From: Halocafeteria seosinensis
Taxonomy: Eukaryota
Reading direction: 5' to 3'
Length of the DNA stretch: 64,000 nt
Assembly: GCA_001687465.1 (NCBI GenBank)
Contig: LVLI01000172.1
Coordinates: 62,001 to 126,000, forward strand
Shown here: positions 11,068 to 24,218 of the stretch, piece by piece
Position numbering within the stretch: position 1 is the first letter of the stretch
Layout of the letters: each line of letters begins with the position of its first letter
Position numbers and translations under genes: made by a program
The notes under the pieces: model-generated
Told to the model about the DNA's origin: nothing
Database searches by the model: none
Seen by the model: the letters and a program-made list of their open reading frames with translations, nothing else

Positions 11068-13634
11068 ATGGGTAACGACGATAAGCCCAACAAGGGAGCT
11101 GACGAGGACGATGAGGAGGTGCTCCTGCCCTTGCACAATGACCGAGGGAAGCGCAAGTGCACGGACGTGCTCTGCCTCATCCTCTTTATCGTGGCCATGG
11201 GAGCCATGTTTGGCGTGTCTATCTTCGCTTGGAGCGAGGGAGAGCATGAGAAGATCACCAATGGCATGGGTACGTACTGTACATAGGTATTCTATTGCTG
11301 TCCAATGAACATGTCGTCGTTGCACCTCACTGTTGTTGTTTTCTTGGTGAACCAGATTATCGAGGATGCATTTGTGGGCTAGAGTGCGACGAAGCTGGAA
11401 ACAAGCAACTCGGAGACCTAGCTGTAGAAGGGAAAATTGGCGGTAGTCTAGAAACCCTTTGTGCGGATAAGTGTCCGGGCGAGTCTCCAATATGTTACTC
11501 GAAGACCAATCCCGAAGTGTTACTGTCAAAGCCTTCGCCTGGTGAATGTGTTCAAGATGAAGATGGAGACGAAGTAAAATTCGTACGTGGTGAATTTTTC
11601 TTCCGTGATTGTACTCGTTAATTTCAATGCTACCCCACTGTTCTTAAACAGACCACGGTACCGTCGAGGAAAATTTTTACCCGCTGTATCCCTCAGGAAG
11701 ACAGTTCGGATTTTGGCGGCGGGGACTCGAAGTCATGGACCGAAGCGTTGAATAGCGTAAGCCTTGGAGCTGGGTTTCTTTTTGCATTCTCTTGTATGCA
11801 ATGGTTAAAATGTGCAGGTGGAGAACGGTGCTGAGGTGATCGTGGCCTCCGCGGTGGTGGCTGTAATCGTCGCGTTTCTGTATTTGTAAGTATATACGAT
11901 CAAAGGACTCGACGTTTGATGCTGGAAACAAATGCCATATTCTTCACAGAGTTTTCCTTCAAGCATGCGCAAAGGTGTTCACTTACATTGGAATGGGCTT
12001 GGTTCTTATTGCGCTGCTTGCGTCGGGCGCCTTCATGTTCCAAAGGTAATTTGCAGCTGTTTGAGTTATGGGTATGTTGCACGTTGTATCCACGCTATGT
12101 GGCTCAATGCTCACAGCTCCGAAGACTTTAAGGAAAAATACGGTGACAATGAAGACTATAAGAGCGATCCGAACTATCAGATGAGACTAGGGGGATCCAT
12201 CATCGCGTTCATTCTTGCATTTCTATATATTTGCTTCCTTCTGTTCATGTGCAAGCGGATCAACTTGGCGATCAAGGTTATTCAAATGGCCTCTAGGGCT
12301 GTCCGGTCGGCGCCCTTTTTGCCCGTGGTTCCGGTACGCATAAGTTTCCACTAGATAGGATCAGTGATCTGATGACATGTTTGTCTGGAATTTTCTTTTG
12401 ACTTCAGACTTTACTGTTCCTTCTGACTTTGGGGATTGCTGCGGTGTGGGCAGTCTCTTCTGTTTTGCTCTTCTCCATTGCCGATGTGAACAGCACGACC
12501 GTGAATGGAGTTACGGTGCGAACCTTAGAGGTCAACGACAACATCAGATACGCGTTCCTCTACATGCTTTTTGGCTTCTTTTGGGTAACTATGTTTATCG
12601 TTGCACTGGTAGAAATGACCACAGCGTTTGTGGTCACATCGTGGTATTTTGCGCCCCGCGAAAATGGGGAACGGAAAACAGCTGACAATCCTGTCCGGAA
12701 GGCGTTCTGGTACAGTTTACGATACCACTTTGGATCCCTCGCATTCGGGTCTCTTTTGATCGCCATTATCAAGACAATGCGCGCTGTCTTGGAGTATGTT
12801 GAGCAAAGGTAAGTGTTGATATGCAGCCCCAGGTCGCCTTGCTTAACTATAATAACTGGCGGTATCCTACTGGCAGAATTAAGAAATCCGGTCAAGAAAC
12901 CAAGTTCGTCAAATGTGCTTTTTGCTGTTGTCGATGCTGTCTTTGGTGCCTAGAAAAGTGCATGAGGTTCATCAACAAGATCGCCTACACCATCATCGTG
13001 CTCACGAGCAAACCGTTCCTTACCTCGGCATTCAAAGCGGGAAAAATGATTTTTAATAATTTTGCCCGAGTTGGAGCCCTAGCGGTAAGAAGAACGAGTC
13101 CCCACTGAGCGGATGTAATGTTTTGTTTCACCGTTCGGTCCCTCTGCTTCCAGATCGTCTCGGCTGGATTCCTCTTGCTTGGGAAGATCGTCGTAGCAGC
13201 CGTAAGTACGTTGGTGGGCTATGCCATTCTGACGAAGGCGGACAGATATGCAGATGAGGTAAGTCACTTTCGAAAGTCATACGATATACCAAATTTGTGT
13301 GTACTGTTGGTGCTGTGTCCAGACAAAGGATACTGCCGTTGCTAATCCCTTGCTTGTAGCTGTGATCATCTTCCTTGTTTCGTGGACCGTCGGTTCCCTC
13401 TTCATGAACATCTTAGATTCTGCAATGGACTCAATGCTCGTTGCATACATATATAACGAAAAGATGGGAATAATCGATGATGCCGAGTCCAAGGAGCTAC
13501 AAGATGTCAATGAGGAAGCTAAACAAGCAGGGTATGGAGAAAAAGACACCCAGCAGACGAACAATGCATACAAGCAGAAAGAGGGGCAGGTTGCGGGCGC
13601 ATCAGGAACAAATGAAGCCAACTACGGAGAATAG
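11068..13634 (+). CDS. Choline transporter-like (CTL/SLC44) multi-TM protein, multi-exon
   Basis: RKCTDVLCLILF, LRYHFGSLAFGSLLIAII and CCCRCCLWCLEKCMRFINKIAY are CTL family hallmarks. Confidence 0.9.
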
Positions 13635-13724
13635 TTACATCGCGATACATTGGCAACGAATAGTGGTAGGATGAAAATATGACAAATAAGGGTTTAGAGT
13701 TGGATTTTGTTTCTCCTCTCCTTG

Positions 13725-14982
13725 TTACTGCCCGTCTTGCTGGCTTTGATTCGCTCTGTTTTGTTCTTGTTCAGCGATCAACTCGTTCATCATTAACTCG
13801 TTGAGGATGAGCGCACAATCATCCTTGGATACATCTACTTCGAGTACCTCGCGCATTACTGCGCTAAGAGTGTCCCATTTTTCCTCACAGAAACTGATTG
13901 CCACATCTACTGTCGTTTTGCTTGCCTGTAGAAATATTGAATTCGTTCTTTATCTTCTGAAAGTGCAACGGTGGCTAAGTGCGATGCTTACCGGAAAATC
14001 CACATCGTAGCTGGTGCCTGCCACCTGGATGTTGAGAGCCCTAGACTCCTCTGTTGCCTCACCGAATTTCAAAGTCAACTTTTGCGTTTCTTCCGAGAGA
14101 ATTTTCGCCCGAGAGCGTGCAATCGCCATCTGAGTTCGAATGTTCCTCATCCTTGTGGCGTGTTCCTGTAGAAAGAATCATTGTGCGTCCCAGCTCCGAC
14201 GTCTTGGTCGGACCATGAAGTATCTTACTATGGCAAGTTGCTTTTCTTCCCCAAGGGCTTCGATCCTTTGCTTGATATTTTCGGAAACCGCATCGCTCAT
14301 GTTTTTCAAAGACTCATGATCCTCCTGCAAGAGAAAGATAGAACGTTCTGAACTTCACTATCGAGTGAGCGGGGCATAAGAAGTTACGTACAGGTACTCC
14401 TACTGCCTTCAAGAATTCATATGCTACAGCTTCCTCGTCACCAATCCGATCTGAGTAAACATTAAGGAAGTTGGTGCTGTTGTCAATGGTCACTGGCATC
14501 TGGAAGAGGACATAAGGAGCATCCTCTGACGAAACCTTCCTCATAATTGAAGCAGACAAAGGCAGTGCATTGTCTAAGGAGAGATTATGCCTGAAGCAGA
14601 ATTCCTCTGCAGCAGTTTGAGCATTTTCTCCGTCGTGGACTCTGAATTCTATCACCTTGTCCTCTCCTAGATTGACTGAAATAGAAGCAGCAACTGGTTT
14701 CTCTAACCAGCTCAAATCGACGGATTCGTTTCGTCTTCGGCGTATATCGAGTGAGATTGCTCGCAGATGAGTGTCATAGTTCACCTGCTTGTCTAACCCT
14801 TTATCTTGTAAAAAGCTTCGAGCGGCAGCTTCTGGGGTGTTCTCCCCACTGTAATGAAGTATTGATTCCTCTCCATCTACAGTCACTGAGACGTCGAATG
14901 CGCTGGGAAGAGCTTCCTGCGCTGAGGCAGTAAGGGCAACTGACCACGCAGCAGCCACTAATAGTGTTCCGAGAACGCGCAT
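13725..14982 (-). CDS. Secreted/luminal protein with about 4 divergent ~40-aa repeats (PFU-like), multi-exon
   Basis: Signal peptide MRVLGTLLVAAAWSVALTASA; repeats ending AARSFL, AAEEFC, VAYEFL and VAISFC. Stop TAA at 13725-13727 after splicing. Middle exon boundaries are approximate. Confidence 0.6.
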
Positions 14983-15584
14983 TTTAGTAATTTTACTGTA
15001 GTATATATGGATTTATACTTCTGCAAATACGGGGGAAGACAACACATTGTATACCAGCATATATAGAGCAAAAAGAACCGAAATATCCGAAGAACAGTTC
15101 CTTTTTTTGTTTGAAAGCAAAGATACTTACCAAAATCACCCTGTAAATATGTACCAATTCGCCTACAAACGAACTTGGTACTCCAATGTTTTCTTTTAGG
15201 TGTGTTCGAAGCTGTTCAATTTATACACGGTTACATATTGTATAGAATTGACAACACAGTGAAATTCCTCTTGAATTCTTTTTTGTGCCTCGGAGTCACT
15301 GATGCGTTGCACCACCTGAGCGGTCAGGCAGGAATTGAGCGCACCACTGGAACTTAACGTCGCTCACGCCATTGTGTGGAACTTCAATGAATCAGATCAG
15401 TAGTAGCTAAGAACAACATTATGGGAAGAAGCACCCGAGCATGAGAATCAGGCTTGTGAGAGCTGATATTAACGAGCTAGGATAGCCCTTCATGAGACTT
15501 TCGGATTTGGGAATTTAGGAATCCAAAAATTTAAGGCTCTTATGGTATGGTATGTTCGGTTTATTTTCAGTAAGAAAAGGCGAT

Positions 15585-16882
15585 CTACGCTTTCCCGTAC
15601 GTGATTGGCCTCTCACCTTCTAGGCTACCTAATATCTTCTCGACGCCGTCGTCAATCATTTGCCGAGCAATCGACGCACCAAAGTGTTCGGCACATGAGT
15701 TAAGCTCATCGTCCACTTCCAGCGAACAAAGTCCCGTCAAAGAATGACGACTTCCTGATTGGTGCGATTTGAAGTAATTCCTCTGTGCCATAGCATTGCG
15801 CAAAGTATCTGTTATCCCTGTGATATCACCTTGTTTCTCACATGTCATCCTTTCCTTCCCATCTCTCGATAATACAACAGCCGAAAAACTAATTCGCAAT
15901 GAATCTGTAGCACTGTCTCCTTGAGGACACGATACCGAGGTGTGTACTCCGATGGGAATCTGGCATCCGCCTTGAAGCGTCTTCAGAAAGCCGCGCTCAG
16001 CCAAGCACCTAGCTGTTGATTCTAAATTCATCGCGGCTTTGGAAACTGCAATTGCCTCAATATCATCGATTCGGCATTCGATACCTAACGCTCCCTGGCT
16101 AACTCCGTAAGGGAACTCCTCAGCTGGTAGCTTCCTGGTGATTCTGTCGTAGAATTCGAGTCGCTCTAAACCGGCTGTAGCTAACACTATAGCATCGTAT
16201 TGGCCAATAGGGTCATCCAACTTTTTTAGCCGAGTGTTCAAATTTCCTCGTATTGTATCTACTCTAAGTTGGGGATAATAATGTCGAATGATGGCTTCGC
16301 GGCGCAGTGAACTAGTCCCAACCAAAGATCCATTAGGTAACTCTGCTAGCGACGGAAACTTTCCTTCATGCTTTGAGGAAAGGACGAATGCATCCTCTGG
16401 AGCCGCGCTCTGGATAACATCATACAAAGTCAATGTCTTAGCAATTATTGTACATGAACGCAAGGTCGGGGTACTTACCTCTGATATGGCCGAGAGTATC
16501 AAGCCTTCAGGAAGCGAAGTTGGGACATCCTTTAAAGAATGAACCACCATATCCACCTCTCTCGCCAGTAAGAGTGCTTCCAGTTCCTTCGTAAAAAGCC
16601 CAGGATTATTACCTACTAGTTTCGCCAAATGCTCCTGCAATTGCTCATCTCCCCGGGTAGGTTTAGTTTTGATTTCGAAAGTAAGTTCCGGGTAAGCACT
16701 CTGCGGTGCCAATCACAGGAATCATTTCGGAATCATTGTAAGTTCCATCCACTGTTAAGAAGCATTGATGTGTAAATAAGGGGCTCACATACCTCTAATA
16801 ATGCTTTTACAGTTCTTGTTTGGGCGAGGGCAAGGTTGCTCTCCCGCGACCCAAGGACGAAGTGTTTTCTCGTGGTGCTCAT
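15585..16882 (-). CDS. hemC: Porphobilinogen deaminase (hydroxymethylbilane synthase), multi-exon
   Basis: Exon 1 MSTTRKHFVLGSRESNLALAQT; then HSLKDVPT, GTSSLRR, IRGNLNTRLKKLD and LQGGCQIPIG (cofactor-binding Cys). Confidence 0.95.
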
Positions 16883-17243
16883 GACGGGCTGGCTTATGAA
16901 GTCTTCACTATTTACGGCAAGGTCAATCCCATACTATCTTATCACTCCATCATAAGACGCCATGCTGCTTGTACGCAAAGTGGGGTCACTGATTGGCGTA
17001 CTACTGCGATGCTTCACGTGCGCTTCAAGTTGAAACTAGGGCTTCACAGACCGATTCACAGTTCGTACTACGTATGGACACCAATCTTACAGATTGAACA
17101 AATGCACTGGTTTGACTCACGAGGCTGAAAGACAATTGCATGAAGCAGAGAAGAGTGAATTTAAACGATTTTCTAGTCCTAACAATCAAGACAGAAACGA
17201 CCTTGTTCTTCAAAGAGAGAGTTGTTTGTCCCGCTGAGTAAAA

Positions 17244-19312
17244 ATGACGGTATTTTCCGTGGTGCAGCACTCCTTGGAGACCTTTTGTGGGTTCTTTTCC
17301 TGGCAGCTCACTGTAGCTTCGCTAGTGACGCTGGTTGTGGGTGCATTGACTGTCCTTGTGCTCATTTTGAAGGCTAAACTCGCCCCGCCTTTCGACCTTT
17401 ACCAGCCTGTAAATGGCAAGGCGAGATTTGAGTAAGTCCTGTCCGCACGCCCCTACCCACGATGTCTTTCGAAATTAAGCTACTGAAGCACCTTATGAAG
17501 CGTCATTAGCTTCAGATAATGAGGGTTTTATCTTTCTGGTGGGGGTCCGCCCTAAGAAACGCTATATGCGAATTGTGGTATACGCCTTCAACCTGAGCGG
17601 TTCAACTGAAGGTCACCAACATTTCACTTCACATTTTCTGCTTCGAACTTGCAGAAACGACCGTGACAGAGCGCTGGTAGCAATAATGGAAGAGTCTCAG
17701 CATAAAACTATCAACTTTGAGGGAATCATGGCAACGTGTGACCCCGAATTGGTTAAGGAGATTATTCCCAAGCCCGTCCACTCTAAGCCGCGTTCTATAC
17801 TCTACCGCATACTGGCTAACGTCTTGCCGTATTCCGATGGTTTATTGTTTAGCGCCAATGAGAATTGGGAAAAGCAACACCGCATGCTCACACCAATCTT
17901 TCAATCGGGCAATTTCGAGAGGTTGTCGAAAGTGTCAATGGACCAAGCTGAAGCCGTGTGCAACCTCATGGCACCAAACTCTCCATACGCGGAATCTGTT
18001 GAGCGCCACAGACAACGAATGAGGAACATTGAGGACTCAAACGGCCCACGCGTTGCTCCCTACGCTCCTGAAGAGTGGAAACATGAACCTGTGGGTGTTG
18101 ACGGGGCATACGACCTGTGGACAACACTCCGGTATTGCGCCGTCAGGTTCGTGGCTTACTGGGGTTACGGGCTTGATCCAGAGAGTGAGCTCGGCCGGCT
18201 TCTGGCTCGACAGACAGATTGGTACTCGCGAGTGAGCATTGACATACTGATGACTCTACAGAGTATCTTAGGTACGGCGCTTGTCGTGGATATTGCTATT
18301 TGCTCATGGTTTGAACACCATGCAGATGTGTGTCTCTTTGCAGAGAAACTGAAGTATTACCTAAAATTGCGGGCAGTAGGAAAAGACATTAGGGACTCAG
18401 TAGCCACACTCTGTGAACAGCAACTGTATCTCGAAGATCCCCACAACCCTGGACGCAGCCGGGGTGGAGGTGCTTATCCTAATTTCGTTTCAACAATGGT
18501 TGAGCAGGGACAATCTGTGGAAGAGATTGCAAGTCAGATTAACCACATACAAGGAGCGCATAAGGCTATCGCATTAGCCACTGCGCTCACTTTGTTTGAG
18601 TTGGAAAAAAACCCTACGTACAAAGCTGCAGTGAAAAATGAACTTGGGAGAGTGAGTGCACATAATTTTATGTTTGAAGGATCTTTGCTGCCAATAGTAT
18701 CACGTTGATGCAGAAGTTCAATGATAACGACCGTCTCCCTTCTTCGAAAAACATGAACTCGGATGACTTGCCGGTTACACACAATGTGTTCCGAGAAGCT
18801 GTGAGGCTCCATCCAGTTACAATGGCTGTGACGAGGAAGTAAGTGATGTATCGACTGCTATCCCTTGTTTGAGTAAAGCCCACGTTTTGTGGATGAAATG
18901 CAGGACCGGGGAACCGATTGCTTACCAAGGAAAGACGATTCCCAAAGACACAGAAATTGCAGTATGGATACAGGCGCTTCATCAGCACAGGGACTTTTGG
19001 AATGAGCCGCAAACGTTTGATCCCAGTCGTTGGGAGAACAGACCACAAAGGAACACGTATATTCCTTTTTTGGAAGGCACCAGGTATGTTTGACGTTCCA
19101 CTGCATTCGTGCGGCAAATTCCGAAACCTAGCTGGGTCCTTTGCAACAGAAAATGTGCGGGGTATTCTCTTGCTCACATGGAGTTCTTGTGTATGATGTA
19201 CGTCTTTTTGACAAAAAATAATGTCAAGGTTTACAGAGAAGATATCACGAAGGCAGCTAACATGTTTACCGGTATAGAAGAGTCCATCCCGTATACTTTG
19301 AACCAAGAGTAA
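17244..19312 (+). CDS. Cytochrome P450 with atypical I-helix, multi-exon
   Basis: N-terminal TM anchor, ExxR (FREAVRLHP) and FDPSRW. Heme motif PFLEGTR|KCAG is split by intron 19084-19149. 5' exon junctions are ambiguous. Confidence 0.9.
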
Positions 19313-19389
19313 TATACTTCGTTTGGGGTATTCGCCTGTATTCTATTGGGTTTTTGGCACCGAATATCGACAGTTTTTCATACAACGCC

Positions 19390-20310
19390 CTAAAAGGAAA
19401 AGCGTTTGGAAGCGTTCGATCCATTTGAGTACGGGGTGCCTCCAGAGTTCAAACTGGTGGCATCCATTTCCAAATTTGAAGTAAGGGATTCTTCTAGAGC
19501 CCATGTGTTATGGTCATACAAGGCTACTACTGAGGTAGAGTCAGCAGTGGGGAATATGGGCTGCCCGACGTTTCGTCTGTTCTTGATTTCGAAGGCGGGA
19601 TACAACGTCATAGTGCTCTCTTCAGGAGGTGGTGTACCTGGTCGATTGTGGCCCCATAATTCCCTGCTTTTATCCGACCCAAATGAACTTGAACTATGCA
19701 CTTCCGAAAACTGAGAATGCGAAGATGAAACCGAAGGGTCGTTTGTACCGCTATATCGCTTGCTTGGCAGAGTTTTGTTGTCTTCAGAGTCCGCAGGATT
19801 TCGAGGATGCCAATGTTCGGACGAGTCATTGACTTTCAAAACCCTGACGTTGACGGGCCGGGGAGCAGACAAGCGCTTTCTATGGTTCGCCTGCCGCTTT
19901 CTACCCTCTTGCCTTCGTTCTTCAAACCCTGAGGGCTGCTCTTTCACACTCTGCCATACACACAGAAATAGATACTTGTAGGAACTCCGGTGAAAGGAGA
20001 GTAGGTTTCCTCGCTGCTTTCACCAGGCACTTACACTTTTTTGCTCTACTGCGGTTCCAGTACAGCAAAATAGATCCTTCCAACTGTGTTTCACTTTCCT
20101 TGACTCCCTATGCTTTCGTCTCTCTATTTGCTTTCCCTCGAGTTGCTCGGCATGGCTTGTATGATGCCGAGATCCCTCGCTCTCCATGGTCAGCCCGATA
20201 TCTGAAGCCACCGCACTATGTTGTGAGGACGAATGAGGGTCTCCAGCAGAAGGGAAGACCTTGCTCTCGCCAATGGCATTTGAGCTAACTGAGGCGCTAA
20301 ACTTTTTCAT
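19390..20310 (-). CDS. Hypothetical low-complexity protein (2 exons: 20310-20035, 19950-19390)
   Basis: A phase-0 GTAAGT..CAG intron joins two ORFs in frame. Contains RPGTPP and LEMDATSL. Confidence 0.5.
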
Positions 20311-21736
20311 CGCTATCGTGGACTATATAAGATGCAAATATGTCAGGAATCGAGTGCGAACCTATTACTATTCCGTTTGAGTCACCCAAAAAGCGGTTAC
20401 AATACCAATTATTCTACCCTGCGGATAGACTGCAGGCATAAGACAATCGTGGTACGAACATGTATTCCTTTAGAGGATACAACGCGAAGAACGGTGCGTA
20501 CCAATGCCACTGCGATGTTTCTACTTTATAGACTGTTGAAGCACCATCGTACCTGCAACGGCTTTTTGTGTCTTTCCGCTTATCTCCGGTGCACTTTCCC
20601 GAGTCAAGTGCTATGCAAACTGCCGCAACAACCAATGTCTCTCCCCTGACTACGAGAACATGTTTCAGTCTTACAAAATGAGCCCTGACCTTGCTTCGAA
20701 CTGGATGAGGACTTGCGATATCCGCGTAAGTCAACAGAGTACAGTACCACCACTATCGAACCGATTCCTCACTTCCTACTTTGCGCAGCTTCCGGAAACA
20801 TCCGAATGCGGGTTATACAGAAGCAGCCGAGGGCTCAACACGAGAAGCTACCCAACGAAGATTCTTTCCTGGAAACATCAGCTCGTGTGAGCCGGGATAG
20901 ATCCGAGCACACACACACCGAGCCGAATCGCCTGATTCTTGAAGGTGGACAACGGACTTGGCAAGACTTCAACAAGTTGCGCCCATGTCCTCGATTCGAG
21001 GATCTTTGGAAGCACTTCTGTTAACCATTGTGCTTTGTTACGGCAGTTCATTGCGAAACGGTGGGTGGAGAGCGAGATTGGGATTTTCTTAGTGCACAAG
21101 GCTTGACTCACCACACGGACAGCATGAGTCAAAGGAATCACCGCAACAAAATCCTCATATTCGGCGATGTCTGCTATCATAGCAGTGCTATGCCAGAGAC
21201 TTCACATGACATGGATTGGATCGATCAACATGAGCGTTGGACGGCAGCGACATGGTAAACGCAGCACAGCGAAAGCACGGGGTAATGCAAGTGTAGCCGA
21301 GGCACCGAGTCCACTCTCACCTCTTTTCAGGGCTGTGCCGCGTTCTCTTGCACCTTGGCATTCCCTATTCTCCGAAATGTTGCGTGACAAAAGCAGTGTT
21401 CTCCTCAGAATGGTGAGAAGGCTGCAGATGTTGACGCCGTAAGAGATGAACCGAGGCCACGTTGAAGAGCGAACAGGCAGGTGGGAACCTCAGGGGGAGG
21501 TATGTGTAACGTCGACGGTCGAGAGAAATATGAAAGACGCAGATATTGTAATGCTACATGAATTTGGTAGATATTCATATCAACAGCAAAGGGGTCCTTT
21601 GTTTTCTGTGCGATATCTAATACAAGCCGCTCTATACTGATACATTGGTGTCCAGAACCTAACTCCGGTTCGCGGTACTTGTATGTGGTATTACGTACGA
21701 TATAAGAGCGAAATTGATCGTTAGTTGGGCACAAAA

Positions 21737-22308
21737 ATGGCTGCCCAAACATCAGATGAGTCGCTCCTAACCAAACTGTCAGTGAAGATCAAACCAAACA
21801 AGCGATACCCCTCGAAGAACAGCCTCTCGGGTGTAAGTGAAACAGACTTCGGTTGGATGTGTTATCAATGGCTGTCATTGGCAATTTTCATTGAGTGTTT
21901 CTATCCCTTATACAGACCGAGGATAATGAAGGCAAGGAGGATGAAGCATACAGAGCATACGGTACGGTTCCCTGGACAACCTGCGTTGTAACTGAGGCGG
22001 TCGATAGAACGGAGATTACTGAGTCAGGACCACTGACAAACTCTATAGGGAACCAACAAAAAGGCACCGAAACCAGCAATGGTCCACCACTGCCAATACT
22101 CCCTGAACCTAGTTTTCCCCCGGAAGATTTCGTAATACGTCCGTGCACTACTCCCAAAGATGGGGATTTCGGAGGGCATACAGAACGGTGGCACAGCTCT
22201 TTTGGAACTAAAGATCTCGAGCATGATATGACAAGTCTAAGTACTTGTGATGAAGAAGATGAGTCTTTTTTTTATGGGACCAAACGTGAGGCCCCCAGAG
22301 AGCAATGA
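21737..22308 (+). CDS. Hypothetical low-complexity protein (2 exons: 21737-21832, 21916-22308)
   Basis: AAAAATGG start context and a phase-0 GTAAGT..TACAG intron. Contains RPCTTP and DLEHDMTSL. Confidence 0.5.
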
Positions 22309-22433
22309 TATCTGTAGGAATCGCGCCTAAATGCCTTCATTGGATGATTCCATGACACAACCGATTGCTATCTTAACTAATGCAACGCCAAGAAAAATCA
22401 GTATATCGAGACAAGGATAATCGGCTATCCTTG

Positions 22434-23951
22434 TTAAGGAAGGTGCGCTTTTGTAACCTTCGTGTATGCTTTCCAGCCCCATACCGCCAAGCCTCCCACT
22501 AACAAAGTCAAGATAACGAAAGGGATAATCCACCCTCCTTGCTTACTTTCTATGCGTTCGTCTATGGAAGGCCCAATCTCTTTATCAAAAGTTTTCTGGA
22601 CGTTGCTGCTCATGCTCTTTTCGAGTCTTTGAATTCTTTCCTCCACCGATTCCTCAAGTTTATTGTCCATCCGCTGGTTCAGATCCTTCTCTATTTTGTC
22701 TATTCGCTTCATGCTTCTTTCTTCCTGCTCTTGAAGCTTCCTAAGAGTAGCTCTGACTTCGCCATGCATTGACGTCAACTGATGTTCAAAGTTGTGATGC
22801 AAGAATTCGATTCGTTCTAGCAATTCAGCCTTTTCTTGTTCAACAGCAGTCGTGATAGCCTTATCTACATCATCATTCCCGCTCTTTACGTCCACCTTCT
22901 CGGGTCTACTAAACTGGTACCGCTCATTCGGATCATTGCTAACCATCAGAGCCAAAATATCGTGGTTGTCCGCAAGTTGGCCAGTAGTAGCAGTGAGTCC
23001 TAAATGTGCCTGTTCATACCACTTGTCGGGCAGAGGAATGTCGACATCCTCGAAACAGGTCTCCCAAAATCCAAGCCCTTTAGCATCGATATAGAGACTA
23101 GCCTTGTTGTTTTCGAATTTCAAATGTGCTAAGGAATGGCTGTTGACACTGAAATCATCGCGTCGCTCGTAAAACCTGTAGATCATACGACACGTCTCAA
23201 GAAACCCAATCAGACCATAGGCAGTAACTCGGTCACCTACCTGAAATCGGCGTCGCAGCCTACGCTTCCTTCGGGGATTACACCCCCATGGGGTACATCC
23301 AAGGCCTCTTGGCCATCGTTCGTTACCAAAGCTATATCTTTGTGGGAGTGTCTGGCTTCTTTGTTGACAAATGTATCAAATATAATTCCGAAGCCCTTAA
23401 ATTGTTCGGCATATCCGTGTAGCTTCCCCTTGCGGTACTCCGGATCTTCCGTAAACCATAGAGCAAATCCATCCCCAAACAGCCTGCACTATACAGTAAA
23501 GAACGGTGAGTACCACTTGTCCCCGGACTGCCCCATAGGAAAGTCTTACCTCTCTCCTTGACCAGAAACTCGAAACTTAAGCGTGGCGCTCCACTGGTTC
23601 AATCCCACAGGTTCCTCCGACCACGCCCATCCCTTTTTCGACTGCATCAGCGCAGAAGTAAATACGCATGCACAGAGACGAAAGGGGGTCATACTCAGAA
23701 CTTACAGCCCGATCCATCGTCAGTCGTAAAAAGTTGTTGAAAACCTCGGCATCCCCGCCGACGTCCCATTTGTCGATGATGCGATTGCCGGATTCATCGT
23801 ATTTTGTATAAGGAGGCTGCAAGGACAGACCTTTCTGGAATGTGGATACTACCGAATGCACATGGAAACACAGCAGAAGAGCTATCGAGAGCAGAACAGG
23901 AACAGCAATAGTCTCGCGGCGTCTGCGAAAAGTGGTGTCTCTCAATATCAT
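22434..23951 (-). CDS. L-type lectin cargo receptor (ERGIC-53/VIP36/LMAN family), multi-exon
   Basis: Signal peptide; LQPPY, WDVGGDA, GDGFALW, FKGFGIIFDTF and GLTATTGQLADNHDI; then a coiled-coil stalk, C-terminal TM and short tail. Confidence 0.9.
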
Positions 23952-24218
23952 AATTGCTCCTTTCTAAACAGATACGATAACAAAAGAGTTTAGGGTTTCT
24001 TAAATAATACTACGGGCTGTGCTCTATCCTCTCCGCGTACAGCCGGATACGCATCAATCCTACTGGACTCTCTAGCCTACCAAGATGCTCGTAAAGACAC
24101 TTACAGACTCTCCGTCGCAAGGCGAACAAAGGCCTTTCAGTGACGTTATCGCACTTTACTAAGAAATGAAGTCATTGAAGAAATTAAGTGCATCATAGCG
24201 GTGTATTGATGTGCTAAA

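Noticed and set aside
20332..21752. Cluster of overlapping 60-115-aa ORFs on both strands
   Set aside because: Some splice-like signals, but no coherent gene model or homology that I can support.
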